A stretch of 64,000 nucleotides of DNA, from assembly GCA_965262715.1 (NCBI GenBank), contig OZ253553.1, positions 192,001 to 256,000 on the forward strand. The letters run 5' to 3'. Position 1 is the stretch's first letter. Each line of letters starts with the position of its first letter. Positions 19,469 through 29,504 of the stretch are shown piece by piece. The notes below the pieces were generated by a model. The model was not told where the DNA came from. It did no database searches and saw only the letters and a list, made by a program, of their open reading frames with translations. This DNA is from Bdellovibrionales bacterium (GTDB taxonomy: Bacteria > Bdellovibrionota > Bdellovibrionia > Bdellovibrionales > JAUICD01). A program made the translations under genes and the position numbers.

Positions 19469-20561
19469 CGACGGTCATAATGCGCTCGGCCATTTTTTCT
19501 GCAGCACCCTTTTTATAAAATTTGGAAATATTATCTTCTAGAGTTTTTTTAAGAATCCGATTATTAACAATACCCAATATTTCTTTTTCTAATTTTTCAG
19601 GATTTAAATCTCTCTCTAAAATCATTACACATGCTTTTTGATCTAATAAAGCTTGTACATTTTTCTTTTGATGATCCTCTGATGCAAAGGAAAAAGGTAT
19701 AAGAATAGATGCCTTACCTATAGCTGCAAGCTCAAAAATAGTGCTTGCTCCTCCACGGCAAACTACAATATCAGCCCATTCATAATCCTTTTCTATCTTT
19801 TCTAAATAAGGAAGAACTTTTATATTTGAAAAATGTTTTAGTTCATTGTAAGTACTGTGATAATTTTGTTTGCCTGTTTGAAGTCTTACTCGAAGATTTT
19901 TGAAACACTCAGGTTGTTTTTTCACCCATTGAACAATACAATGATTGATTTTTTGAGCACCAAGACTTCCTCCAAAAATTAAAATATGATGGCTCTTATT
20001 TAAATTTTGTTTTTTCTGAGTCGCTAAATCTTCAATTTCCTTACGAACAGGTATAGATATTTTATAGCAAGGGTTACGATTTTTAAGATGAGCTTTAGCA
20101 CTATCAAGTACTATCCAACATTCCTTAACAAAACAGGATAAGATGCGATTTGTAAGCCCTGGGTAAGCATTCATCTCCCATAAGGCTGTATGAAATCCCA
20201 TTAACGAGCCTACCATCATTAAAGGCCCAGAAGCATATCCTCCCATCCCTAAGATGTAACAAGGACGTATTTTACAAAGCAAGTAAATACTTTTTAAAAA
20301 AGCAAATGGAATTAATAAACACACTTTGCATTTTTTTAAAAAACTTACATTTTGCCAACCTTTTATAGGCAGAAAGTGTAGAGGTATTTCCTTAGGAACA
20401 ATGTCCTTTTCTAATCCATATTGAGTGCCTACAAAATGGACTTGCCAGTTAGGGTTTACCTTTAATAAAGCACTAGCTACTGCAAGGCCCGGGTAAATAT
20501 GACCTCCCGTTCCTCCACCTGTGATGATTATTTTTTTTATAGAAGGTTTATGTTTTATCAA
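19461..20561 (-). CDS. murG: Lipid II GlcNAc transferase
   Basis: GGGTGGHIYP, GGYAS, FGGSLGA, RGGAST, HQKKN motifs. Confidence 0.97.
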   Translation of the reverse strand: MIKHKPSIKKIIITGGGTGGHIYPGLAVASALLKVNPNWQVHFVGTQYGLEKDIVPKEIPLHFLPIKGWQNVSFLKKCKVCLLIPFAFLKSIYLLCKIRPCYILGMGGYASGPLMMVGSLMGFHTALWEMNAYPGLTNRILSCFVKECWIVLDSAKAHLKNRNPCYKISIPVRKEIEDLATQKKQNLNKSHHILIFGGSLGAQKINHCIVQWVKKQPECFKNLRVRLQTGKQNYHSTYNELKHFSNIKVLPYLEKIEKDYEWADIVVCRGGASTIFELAAIGKASILIPFSFASEDHQKKNVQALLDQKACVMILERDLNPEKLEKEILGIVNNRILKKTLEDNISKFYKKGAAEKMAERIMTVVG

Positions 20562-21786
20562 AGGAAACTCTTTGAATAGCTAAAGCAAAACCAAAAAGCA
20601 AAGACATAGAAATTAAGGAAGAACCTCCATAACTTAAAAAAGGTAATGTCAGCCCTTTTGTAGGCAGCATTCCTAAGGATACGCTAAAGTTGATAAAAGT
20701 TTGAATTCCAAATGTTAATGTCAATCCAAGAAAGACATACCTTAACTTTTCTTCCCAAATACTTTTAGATAAATGAAAAAGCCGAAATAAAATAATCCCA
20801 AATAAAATTAAAACAAGGCTAACACCTATAAAGCCAGCTTCTTCTCCTAAAACAGAGAGAGTAAAATCAGTGTGAGCTTCTGGCAGAAAATAAAGCTTTG
20901 ATTGACCATTGCCTAAACCTATTCCCATCAAGCCTCCTGTATGAAACCCTAAAAGACTTTGTATTGTTTGAAATCCACTTGAAGAAAACCTAGACCAGGG
21001 ATCTAAAAAAGATTTAAACCGTTCTACTCTATAAGGTGAAACTACCATAAATACAAACAAAGAGAAAGAAGATAAAAAACCCGTGAGTAAAAGAGTCGAC
21101 CACCTAATTCCTTTTAAAAACATAAGAGAAAAAAGCACTAAATAATAAATTACAAGTGCCCCAAAGTCAGGTTGTTTAATAAATATAAAGATTGGCAATA
21201 ATCCTAGAATAACTAGAAACAAGCGTGATATAGAACTTATCCTCTCCCAATTCTTTACAATCAGTGGTCCAACAACAAATGGAAGACTCACTTTAAAAAA
21301 CTCAGAAGGTTCTAAACGAAAATCAAAAGGTAAATTGATCCATCTAGTAGCCCCTCCAACCTTAACACCTATTTGAGGAATCAGTGTCAAAATCAATAAA
21401 AAGAGAGATATAGCAAATATCGTGACTCCTAGGGGAAGGATCCAATCCTTAGATAGTAGAGAAACAAAAAGCATAAGGCAAAGTCCCATGATCACAAACA
21501 AAAGTTGCTTTTGAAAGAAAAAAAGACCATCATTATATATATCTGTGGCATAAATATAACTAGCACTGTATATTTGTACCAGCCCAATACCCATCAAGAA
21601 AAAAATCATAATAAATAAAAAGCGATCTATCTCTAAAACATTCTTAAAAGATAAGTATCTTAATAATGGAATACGATCGACTGCCAAGTGAGCTATTGAC
21701 TCAGTCTGAATATAGGATCTATTTTGAATGTAGGTTTTAATATTTCTTAAATACTTTATCATAAAAAATATCTTTATATATGCCAA
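20548..21786 (-). CDS. ftsW: SEDS peptidoglycan polymerase FtsW (exact start uncertain)
   Basis: GATRW, QPDFG, LPEAHTDF, PTKGLTLPFLSYGGSS; adjacent to murG. Confidence 0.93.
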   Translation of the reverse strand: MAYIKIFFMIKYLRNIKTYIQNRSYIQTESIAHLAVDRIPLLRYLSFKNVLEIDRFLFIMIFFLMGIGLVQIYSASYIYATDIYNDGLFFFQKQLLFVIMGLCLMLFVSLLSKDWILPLGVTIFAISLFLLILTLIPQIGVKVGGATRWINLPFDFRLEPSEFFKVSLPFVVGPLIVKNWERISSISRLFLVILGLLPIFIFIKQPDFGALVIYYLVLFSLMFLKGIRWSTLLLTGFLSSFSLFVFMVVSPYRVERFKSFLDPWSRFSSSGFQTIQSLLGFHTGGLMGIGLGNGQSKLYFLPEAHTDFTLSVLGEEAGFIGVSLVLILFGIILFRLFHLSKSIWEEKLRYVFLGLTLTFGIQTFINFSVSLGMLPTKGLTLPFLSYGGSSLISMSLLFGFALAIQRVSFDKT

Positions 21787-21866
21787 TTTATCAATAACAT
21801 AAATTTATCAATAAACAAAGATAAGTTAAAGCTATTTTTTATATGTCTGCGAATTTTATTAAAAAA

Positions 21867-22877
21867 TTAGACTGACCCGGGAAGGATAATACCTTTAGAC
21901 TCAAGGTTTTGAATAGATTGTTCAAATGTGACCATACCTTGTGCCTTACCTGTTTGCATCACTGAAGGTAACTGAGAGCTTTTATTTTCACGAATGAGAT
22001 TTGAAACAGCAGGTGTGACAACTAGCACTTCAAAAATACCTACTCTGCCTTTTTTATCAGCTCTTTTGACTAAAGTCTGTGCAACTATACCTTGTAAAGA
22101 TTCAGAAAGCATAGCTCTGATCTGTGACTGTTTCTCACCGGGAAAGACATCCACAATCCTATTGACTGTTTGTACTGCGCTATTGGTATGAAGTGTTCCA
22201 AAAACAAGATGCCCTGTCTCTGCAGCTGTTAAGGCTAGCTGAATCGTTTCTAAGTCTCTCATTTCCCCCACTAATATCACATCTGGGTCCTCTCTCAGCG
22301 CAACCTTTAACGCATCAGAAAAAGACTTAGTGTGTGTATTGATTTCTCTTTGAGATATTAAACACTGTTTATTTTGGTGCACAAATTCAATAGGGTCTTC
22401 AATAGTTATAATGTGCAGGTTATATGTTTTATTGATCAAATCAACCAAGGAGGATATCGTAGTTGATTTACCAGAACCTGTATAACCCGTCACTAAAACT
22501 AATCCATTGTGATGGGAACTCAAATCAACAACGGACTTTGGTAACCCCAGCTTACTATGAGGAACAATTTCATCAGGAATGTATCGAAAAACACCAGCTA
22601 TTCCTCGCAATTGCATAAATACATTCAGACGAAACCGGCCGACTCCTTTTATGCTATAAGCGCAGTCCAGTTGTAAGTTTTCCGTAAAAAGTTTTTTTTG
22701 CTTTTCTGTTAAAAGTTCAAAGAGCAGCCCTTGACACTCTGCTGCAGTTAAATCTCTATATTTAATAGGATGCATGTCCCCATGAATACGTATATAAGGA
22801 GGACAGCCACTGCTGATGTGCAAATCTGATCCATTTGTTTCTTTTACTTTACATAATAACTCGTCTAATTTTGCCAC
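21867..22877 (-). CDS. pilT: Type IV pilus retraction ATPase
   Basis: GYTGSGKST, TIEDPIE, ALREDPDVILVGEMRD, GTLHT, NLIRE. Confidence 0.95.
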   Translation of the reverse strand: MAKLDELLCKVKETNGSDLHISSGCPPYIRIHGDMHPIKYRDLTAAECQGLLFELLTEKQKKLFTENLQLDCAYSIKGVGRFRLNVFMQLRGIAGVFRYIPDEIVPHSKLGLPKSVVDLSSHHNGLVLVTGYTGSGKSTTISSLVDLINKTYNLHIITIEDPIEFVHQNKQCLISQREINTHTKSFSDALKVALREDPDVILVGEMRDLETIQLALTAAETGHLVFGTLHTNSAVQTVNRIVDVFPGEKQSQIRAMLSESLQGIVAQTLVKRADKKGRVGIFEVLVVTPAVSNLIRENKSSQLPSVMQTGKAQGMVTFEQSIQNLESKGIILPGSV

Positions 22878-23154
22878 ACTGTCTCACTTTTTCTCATTAT
22901 TGTTCTAGTAAACAATTTTTATCTCTAAACTTGATATCTCTTGAATATTATCGGATATCATTTCAAATATCATTAAGATATTTAAAATATTTTTAAACAA
23001 AAATGACATTCATTATCAACAATCTATTTATAAGAATATAGACTCTTGAGAAGTCATCTTAATCTTAGAACAATAAATTTCTCTAGAATTTCACCGGATA
23101 CTTGATTTGTCAGCACAATTCATCTAACTTCTTTACTATAAAAAGGTTGGTAGA

Positions 23155-25065
23155 ATGAAAAAAGCAGATAAAGATATCAATGAACAAGTTAGGGAAAAAT
23201 GGAAAGAGCAACTGAAAATCTTTCCAAAAACACCTGGCGTTTATTTAATGAAAAATAAACTCAATCAGATCATCTATATAGGTAAAGCAAAAAACCTTAG
23301 AGATAGAGTTTCCAGTTATTTTATAAAAAGTCATTCGACCTCAGAGAAAGTTTTTTATAAGACATATTTCTTAGTCCGTCAAATTCACAGTATTGATCAC
23401 ATCAAGACAATGACAGAAGTTGAAGCCTTTTTATTAGAAGCTTCCTTAGTTAAGAAACATCACCCTAGATACAATATACGTCTAAAAGATGATAAAGCCT
23501 ATCCATATATTCGGCTAAGTCTTCAGGATACATTTCCAAGATTCTATTTAAGTCGAAGAGTTAAGCAAGATGGTTCTATTTATTTTGGTCCTTACACACA
23601 AAGTTCTTTTGTTAAGGAAACAATGCATATTTTGAATAAAACCTTTCAACTACGAGACTGCAAAAACACATTCTTTAAAAGTCGAACACGTCCTTGCCTA
23701 ACTCATCAAATTGGCCATTGTTCTGCTCCTTGTGTTAAACTAATTACACAAAAGAAATACAACCAAAGTGTTAATAAAGCATTGGAATTTTTAAAAGGCC
23801 AGAATCAAAAACTTTTTACAAACTTAAACAAACAAATGAAAAAAGCAGCATCTCTAGAACAATTTGAAGTAGCTGCTAGACTAAGAGATGCTTTACTTGC
23901 TATGGAGAGATCTTTAGAAAAACTACCTATGATTGATAAAAAGTCTAAGATAGACCAAGACGTCATTGGATATTTTGGTGATGAAAAAGGCACACTTCTG
24001 GCAATGCTACATATTCGAAATGGCCGTCAAATTGGCGAACACTTCCAGCTCTTTTCTGTCAATGCTCGCTCTCCAATAGCTGACATCAAAAATATTTTCT
24101 TAGCTTTTATCAATCAGTTCTACGTAGATCATATCATTCCAGACGAACTGCTTATATCTATTGATTTACCAAAAGATATAAAAGCCCTTATTCAAAAAGC
24201 TCTACAACAAAAATCTGATAAAAAAGTACGTGTACGATTTCCTGTTGATACTCATGGCAGTAAATTACTACAAAAAGTAGACCTTTTTGCTCATGATCTT
24301 TTTAAAGAACAAGTACAAAAAACAGAGCAAAAAAGCCAAGGACTACTTGATATACAAAAGCGCTTTGCCTTAAAAGAATTTCCAAAGCGCATAGAATGTT
24401 TTGATATATCCACCTTACAAGGCAAAAACACAGTAGCATCCCAAGTCGTTTTTGAAGATGGCATTCCTGCAAAAGAATATTATAGACATTACAAAATTAA
24501 AAAAGTGAAAAAAATAGACGACTTTGCATCCATGAAAGAAGTATTATCTAGAAGACTCAGTCATACAGAATATGAAGATCCTCAGCTCATTTTATTAGAT
24601 GGAGGTAAGGGGCAATTAAATGTAGCTTTAGAAGTACTTAAAGAACTAGGAAGAGATGATATTCCAGTTGCTGCTCTAGCTAAAGCTAGAAGTCAGTTTT
24701 CTAAGAAGGGCAAAAAGGATTCATCTTTAGCTACTCATTCAGAAGAAAGATTCTTCTTACCTGGTCGTAAGAATCCTGTTATTTTTAAACCTCAATCTCA
24801 ACCTTTTCAAATTTTGGTAAGCTTAAGAGATGAGGCGCATCGCTTTGCAATAACACATCATAGGAAATTAAGAACAAAAGACGCTTTTGAAAGCCAATTA
24901 GATCATATTAAAGGACTGAGTCAGCAAAAAAAAGCTACACTCTTAGAACATTTTCAAACTATAGAAGATATCAGGCAAGCTTCTGCACAAGAGATCAGCC
25001 AGCTTAAAGGCTTTAGTCACATTTTAGCAGAACGTATTCTTATCTCTCTAAAAAAGACTTCTTAA
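23155..25065 (+). CDS. uvrC: Excinuclease ABC subunit C
   Basis: GVYLMK..YIGKAKNLR GIY-YIG domain, RIECFDIS, DGGKGQ, RDEAHRFA. Confidence 0.97.
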   Translation: MKKADKDINEQVREKWKEQLKIFPKTPGVYLMKNKLNQIIYIGKAKNLRDRVSSYFIKSHSTSEKVFYKTYFLVRQIHSIDHIKTMTEVEAFLLEASLVKKHHPRYNIRLKDDKAYPYIRLSLQDTFPRFYLSRRVKQDGSIYFGPYTQSSFVKETMHILNKTFQLRDCKNTFFKSRTRPCLTHQIGHCSAPCVKLITQKKYNQSVNKALEFLKGQNQKLFTNLNKQMKKAASLEQFEVAARLRDALLAMERSLEKLPMIDKKSKIDQDVIGYFGDEKGTLLAMLHIRNGRQIGEHFQLFSVNARSPIADIKNIFLAFINQFYVDHIIPDELLISIDLPKDIKALIQKALQQKSDKKVRVRFPVDTHGSKLLQKVDLFAHDLFKEQVQKTEQKSQGLLDIQKRFALKEFPKRIECFDISTLQGKNTVASQVVFEDGIPAKEYYRHYKIKKVKKIDDFASMKEVLSRRLSHTEYEDPQLILLDGGKGQLNVALEVLKELGRDDIPVAALAKARSQFSKKGKKDSSLATHSEERFFLPGRKNPVIFKPQSQPFQILVSLRDEAHRFAITHHRKLRTKDAFESQLDHIKGLSQQKKATLLEHFQTIEDIRQASAQEISQLKGFSHILAERILISLKKTS

Positions 25066-25228
25066 TCCTTAGGCGACCTCTACAAAATAACAACAACTTC
25101 TAGATGTATGTACAGTTTTTTATAAATATTTTCAGATCACTTTAAGTTCTTATTTTATGTACCGAAATGATAACAGTTCACTTAATAGTGTTATTTTTTT
25201 AGACTAAACTATTAAAGTTAGAAGGAGT

Positions 25229-25600
25229 TTGGTGATGTTAAAAATGAGGCAGTCTTCTATTTCACCTAATCTTAATGTGGAATATAAAAAAAAATATGCT
25301 CGCCATCTTAGAATTGGAAGGCTTAGAGATATTAGTAATTCTGAGGCATATTTACTGACTGAAGATGACAAAGCTCTCTTTAACTTAAGAGATGAAATTT
25401 TTATTACTCTAGAGTTAGGTCAACGCAAACGTACACTTCAAGCTTCTGTGATTGCAAATGATACTCAAGGAGTAAAAGTAAAATTCCATTTCTATAATAA
25501 TAGAGAGTATCAAATTATTGATGACCTGATATACTTTATCGAAAAGTCCAAAGAAGAAAGACGTGAATCTTTAGATTTTATCTTTAGCCAAACCCTATAG
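25229..25600 (+). CDS. PilZ-like domain protein
   Basis: DISNS-type motif and beta-barrel pattern; RxxxR motif degenerate. Confidence 0.55.
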   Translation: MVMLKMRQSSISPNLNVEYKKKYARHLRIGRLRDISNSEAYLLTEDDKALFNLRDEIFITLELGQRKRTLQASVIANDTQGVKVKFHFYNNREYQIIDDLIYFIEKSKEERRESLDFIFSQTL

Positions 25601-25626
25601 AAAGTTTATCATTATATAAGTTGGAA

Positions 25627-25654
25627 TCATTCAAAATGAATCTGCTTCCGGCAG
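25627..25654 (+). repeat. 5' fragment of family A repeat
   Basis: TCATTCAAAATGAATCTGCTTCCGGCAG vs TCCCTCAAAATGAACCCGCCTCTGGCGG. Confidence 0.45.
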
Positions 25655-25948
25655 TAAATTAAAAGCTCAAAGTCTTTATGTCAAAGGCGGACTATCTATT
25701 AAGAAATAGCACAACGTGTCAGAAAGGCCTTCTACTATTAATATTAAGTTCTCTAACTCTAATCCCACAAAACGCTTTAAATTTATTTTAATTAACAGTT
25801 CTTATATTTAACCGATCATCATCTCAAAGAGCTATGAATTTTTTACAAAAACCATGAACCTTTTACAAGGTAAGCTAAAAGTATTTGTATTTTAAATTCC
25901 TTAATGATATTATTCAAAACAAGTTTAATAAAGAAGGAGAAGTTATCT

Positions 25949-26571
25949 ATGAAACACTTAAAACTTAAAGCATCTAATATTTCATTAAAAACCACTCTAA
26001 GGTTATCTATTTTTATTTTACTAACAAGTTTTTTTATTACTTCTCATATTTTTGCCCAAACTAATACACAAGACGATACAATAGAAGTAAGAGTGCTAGC
26101 CAGAGACATAGATAGGTTAAACGAACGTATAGAGGCACTACAATGGCGAGTTAACTATTTAGAAGAGGAAATGCCCTCCCCTCTCCTATACTCAACTCAA
26201 AGTTTTCTCCTTTTAGAGCAGCATCTACTATATTAGGTCCATTTACATTAGGCATTTTTGCAACGACCTCTGAGATAACAGAGATAAGAAGCTCTGAAAA
26301 GGGAAGATACGAACGATATGATAGGTTAAACTCATCACGTAAACAAGTAATAGATGAATTGGACGATTTGACAGATTTATGGTATCAAAAAATGGAATAT
26401 CTTGAAACTCTAGCAGAGTCTTATGACCTTCCTGATGATTATCACTGTGAAGACTCAGCTGTCACTTTTGCATATGGCAGTAATGATGGTGACATGAGAT
26501 GTCTTATAAGTTTTTACTTGGATAATTATAATAATGACGATCCAGGTAATCCATATCGACATCTCAGATAG
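25949..26571 (+). pseudogene. Frameshifted secreted coiled-coil protein
   Basis: Signal peptide in the 25949 frame; a shift near 26170-26210 enters a frame open through RAASTILGPF... into ORF 26359-26571. Confidence 0.65.
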
Positions 26572-26777
26572 AGGCTCAAAAAACATAAACTCTTCTTTAT
26601 TCACCTCTAAACAAAGTAAAAAATGGTAAAAAAATTTATACAAAAGCCTTGATTTTATAGTATAGCCATCAATTTTCATCTATGAACCTATATTTTATTT
26701 ATTGGTGAACTTTTCAATAATTTAAATACTTTATATTGTAACTTTTAACTAAAAATCACACCAAAAGGAGTATTTTT

Positions 26778-27644
26778 ATGAGCATTTCCAGCAGTCTTAC
26801 AGATTTTAAAGCACGGCAGTTTTATGTTTTGATAAAATCACATCTCTCAGCTTTAATTTTTATCAGTGTATTTTTGTTAAGTGTGTCATCCTTAGCTCAA
26901 AATCACATTAAATGTGAGGCAGCAGAACATTTTGTTAAAAATACTCCAGGTCAAACTAATTATTGCTGGCTTTTTCGATGTAACGGATTAAGAGATGTCC
27001 TTGCTTTAGAACCTTCTGATATTCAAGTCCAAGCCACACTAGAATCTTGTGGTTGGGGAGGTTGTACAGAACGAATAATACAACAAGATTTAGAAGGTAT
27101 CATCTATCGTGGTGATAATAGATTTCAGAGAGGAGATGGTAACCTGAGATCAATTTTAGTACCTGCTGGAGTTGCTTACAATAGGGATTGGCAATGTAAT
27201 GGACCTTTTGAACAAGTTCTTAATGATGTATCACAAAGCTCTTCATTCAACCCAAGGCATCTGCCAAACCCTGAGATTGATGATGAAATCTCTTGTCAGT
27301 CTATAGGTCCTATACAGGCTAAAAGGTTTACTAGGGAAGAACAAAGATACTACGGGTTTAACAGCGATGACTATTTATGTTATTCAAATGTTCAAAATTG
27401 CAGTGCTAATGGTATGCCCATTAATACAGACATCTTTATTTGCGATACTGCAAGGAACGCTTGTTCTACAGGTTATGCAGGTGGAGTATTATGTCCATGT
27501 CCAATAAACCTTAATGAATGTGCAAAAGATGTAATTGATAATGATGGTGCTTACATAGGAGATCATGAAATGATCCAAGCTGATGATGATGAGCTATCCA
27601 CAAATTCTAGCCCACAGAGAAGACCAGGAAGAAGGAGACGATGA
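26778..27644 (+). CDS. Secreted Cys-rich hypothetical protein with basic C-terminus
   Basis: Signal peptide ..SSLA, many Cys, ends RRPGRRRR; AAGGAG SD. Confidence 0.7.
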   Translation: MSISSSLTDFKARQFYVLIKSHLSALIFISVFLLSVSSLAQNHIKCEAAEHFVKNTPGQTNYCWLFRCNGLRDVLALEPSDIQVQATLESCGWGGCTERIIQQDLEGIIYRGDNRFQRGDGNLRSILVPAGVAYNRDWQCNGPFEQVLNDVSQSSSFNPRHLPNPEIDDEISCQSIGPIQAKRFTREEQRYYGFNSDDYLCYSNVQNCSANGMPINTDIFICDTARNACSTGYAGGVLCPCPINLNECAKDVIDNDGAYIGDHEMIQADDDELSTNSSPQRRPGRRRR

Positions 27645-27690
27645 ATACAAAACATTTCAAAGTTAATGCTTAATCCTTATAACCATGAGA

Positions 27691-27975
27691 CCTGAGTTTG
27701 GCAGTTGAAAAAACAAAGTTGAGTAACTTTAATTACTTAAATGCGGGTTGGGGTTTTGTGCCACTACATTTTTATGGTTTGTTATGACACCATGAATGCC
27801 GCTCCGTTGAGCGTCTCGATCTATTCTTCGTTGATAGTAACTTCTTGATGTGCTCAAATAAAAGTAGCTTAAAGATGATCTCTCGATCAGAGAGATTGCT
27901 AAAAAGTTTTCGTGCTCAACAAACAAAATCAGTTGCTTACTTTTAAAAATATCTATTGCAATTTGAACTTACGGG
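27691..27975 (-). mobile_element. IS1634-family transposase relic
   Basis: Minus strand reads INEE*I, then after a frameshift RDAQRSGIHGVITN, resembling the recalled IS1634 motif INEEKI..DAQWDGLHGVITN; end-like ACTGCCAAACTCAGG at 27705-27691. Confidence 0.55.
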
Positions 27976-29481
27976 CTATGGGCCTGTTGGAAATGCTGAG
28001 TATGAAGGAGATTCAAGTGCGGTTAAGATTTTTGAGTGCAAGCCTCCAAAGGCTCCATTACTCATAATCAATACCACATCCCCTTTTTGTACATTTTGTT
28101 TTACTAAGTCAACTATATTTTCTAAGTTTTTACCTATAAAAACTTGGCCACTTAATCTGTTAATTTCTTTTTTATTCTTGATATCCGTAACTAATTTTTT
28201 AACATCCAGTCTTTCACTTTCAAACAATAGATCTTTTTTATATACGTCAGATAAAATTGCAAATTGAGCTTGCGAAAAAGCATCTATATATTCTTGTTGA
28301 AAAATAGCTCTACGTGATGTAGCTGATCGAGGTTCAAAAATAGAGATCACCTGAGAATCTTTAAAATGCTCTTGAACAGACTTTATAGTTTCTTTGACAG
28401 CAGTAGGGTGATGAGCAAAATCATCAATGACAGTGATACCTCTAGGCCTGCCTATTATTTCCTGCCTTCTTTTAACTCCTAAAAAACTTTTAAAGCCTTC
28501 ACAAATAGCCTTGCTTGAAAGTCCTATATTCATCTCTGAGATCAAAGTATATACAGCTAAAGCATTTGCCCTATTGTAATCTCCAAAAAGAGGTAAATTA
28601 AGTGTTACATCATTCTTTTTGTTAGAAGATATTATATCCATTTGATTTTTCTGAATATTTTCTATCCAATAATCAGGTGGAATGTGAGACTTCTTAAGGT
28701 CAAGAGCGTAAGACTTGATATTATGACAAGAAGACTCTTTTAACATTTCACATATCACCTTATCTTGCCCATTAACTACTAATAAACCATTTTGAGGGAT
28801 CATTTGCAGAAGCTTTTTAAAGGCTGCTTTAACAGCGTCAAAGTTAGAATAAATATCTATATGGTCCATTTCAATAGATGTTAAAATCACAAATTGAGGT
28901 TTATAATGAGTGAACTTAGGAACTTTATCAAAAAAGGCAGAGTCATATTCGTCGCCTTCAATAACAAAAATTCCTTCATTAGGCTCAAATGTAGGCAAAT
29001 GGAAGGAAACATCAAAATTTTGAGGAATCCCTCCAATCAAAAATCCAGGCTTTTTTCCGCAAGATGTAAGTATCCAACTAAGCAGTGCTGTGCAAGTTGT
29101 CTTACCATGAGTTCCACATACAACAATGCTTTTCTGATCAGCAATAATAGACTCTCCAATCATTTCTGGCAAACTTGTATAAGGAATACCTGATTGGAGT
29201 AAAAATTGAACTTCTTCATGCTTTCTGGTCATCACATTACCTACAACCACCAAGTCAGGAAGTGACTTTAACCTATCTAGTGTCTCTGAAATAGGAATAT
29301 TCAACTTTTGTAATTGCAATGACATAGGAGGATAAACATCTTTATCGCTACCTGTGATATAATATCTCTTTTGCTTTAGTAATCCTGCAAGACTGGCCAT
29401 CGCTGTGCCACAGATGCCCATTAAGTGAATATGTGAACCTTCTTTGAGGATATTGAGCCACTCAGTTTTTTTTTGATTCAA
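27976..29481 (-). CDS. mpl: Murein peptide ligase Mpl
   Basis: GICGTAMASLA, GTHGKTT, EGDEYDSAFFDK, DDFAHHPTA, FEPRS, MSNGAFGG. Confidence 0.93.
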   Translation of the reverse strand: MNQKKTEWLNILKEGSHIHLMGICGTAMASLAGLLKQKRYYITGSDKDVYPPMSLQLQKLNIPISETLDRLKSLPDLVVVGNVMTRKHEEVQFLLQSGIPYTSLPEMIGESIIADQKSIVVCGTHGKTTCTALLSWILTSCGKKPGFLIGGIPQNFDVSFHLPTFEPNEGIFVIEGDEYDSAFFDKVPKFTHYKPQFVILTSIEMDHIDIYSNFDAVKAAFKKLLQMIPQNGLLVVNGQDKVICEMLKESSCHNIKSYALDLKKSHIPPDYWIENIQKNQMDIISSNKKNDVTLNLPLFGDYNRANALAVYTLISEMNIGLSSKAICEGFKSFLGVKRRQEIIGRPRGITVIDDFAHHPTAVKETIKSVQEHFKDSQVISIFEPRSATSRRAIFQQEYIDAFSQAQFAILSDVYKKDLLFESERLDVKKLVTDIKNKKEINRLSGQVFIGKNLENIVDLVKQNVQKGDVVLIMSNGAFGGLHSKILTALESPSYSAFPTGP

Positions 29482-29504
29482 CTTATTTTCTCCTAAAAGA
29501 AAGC

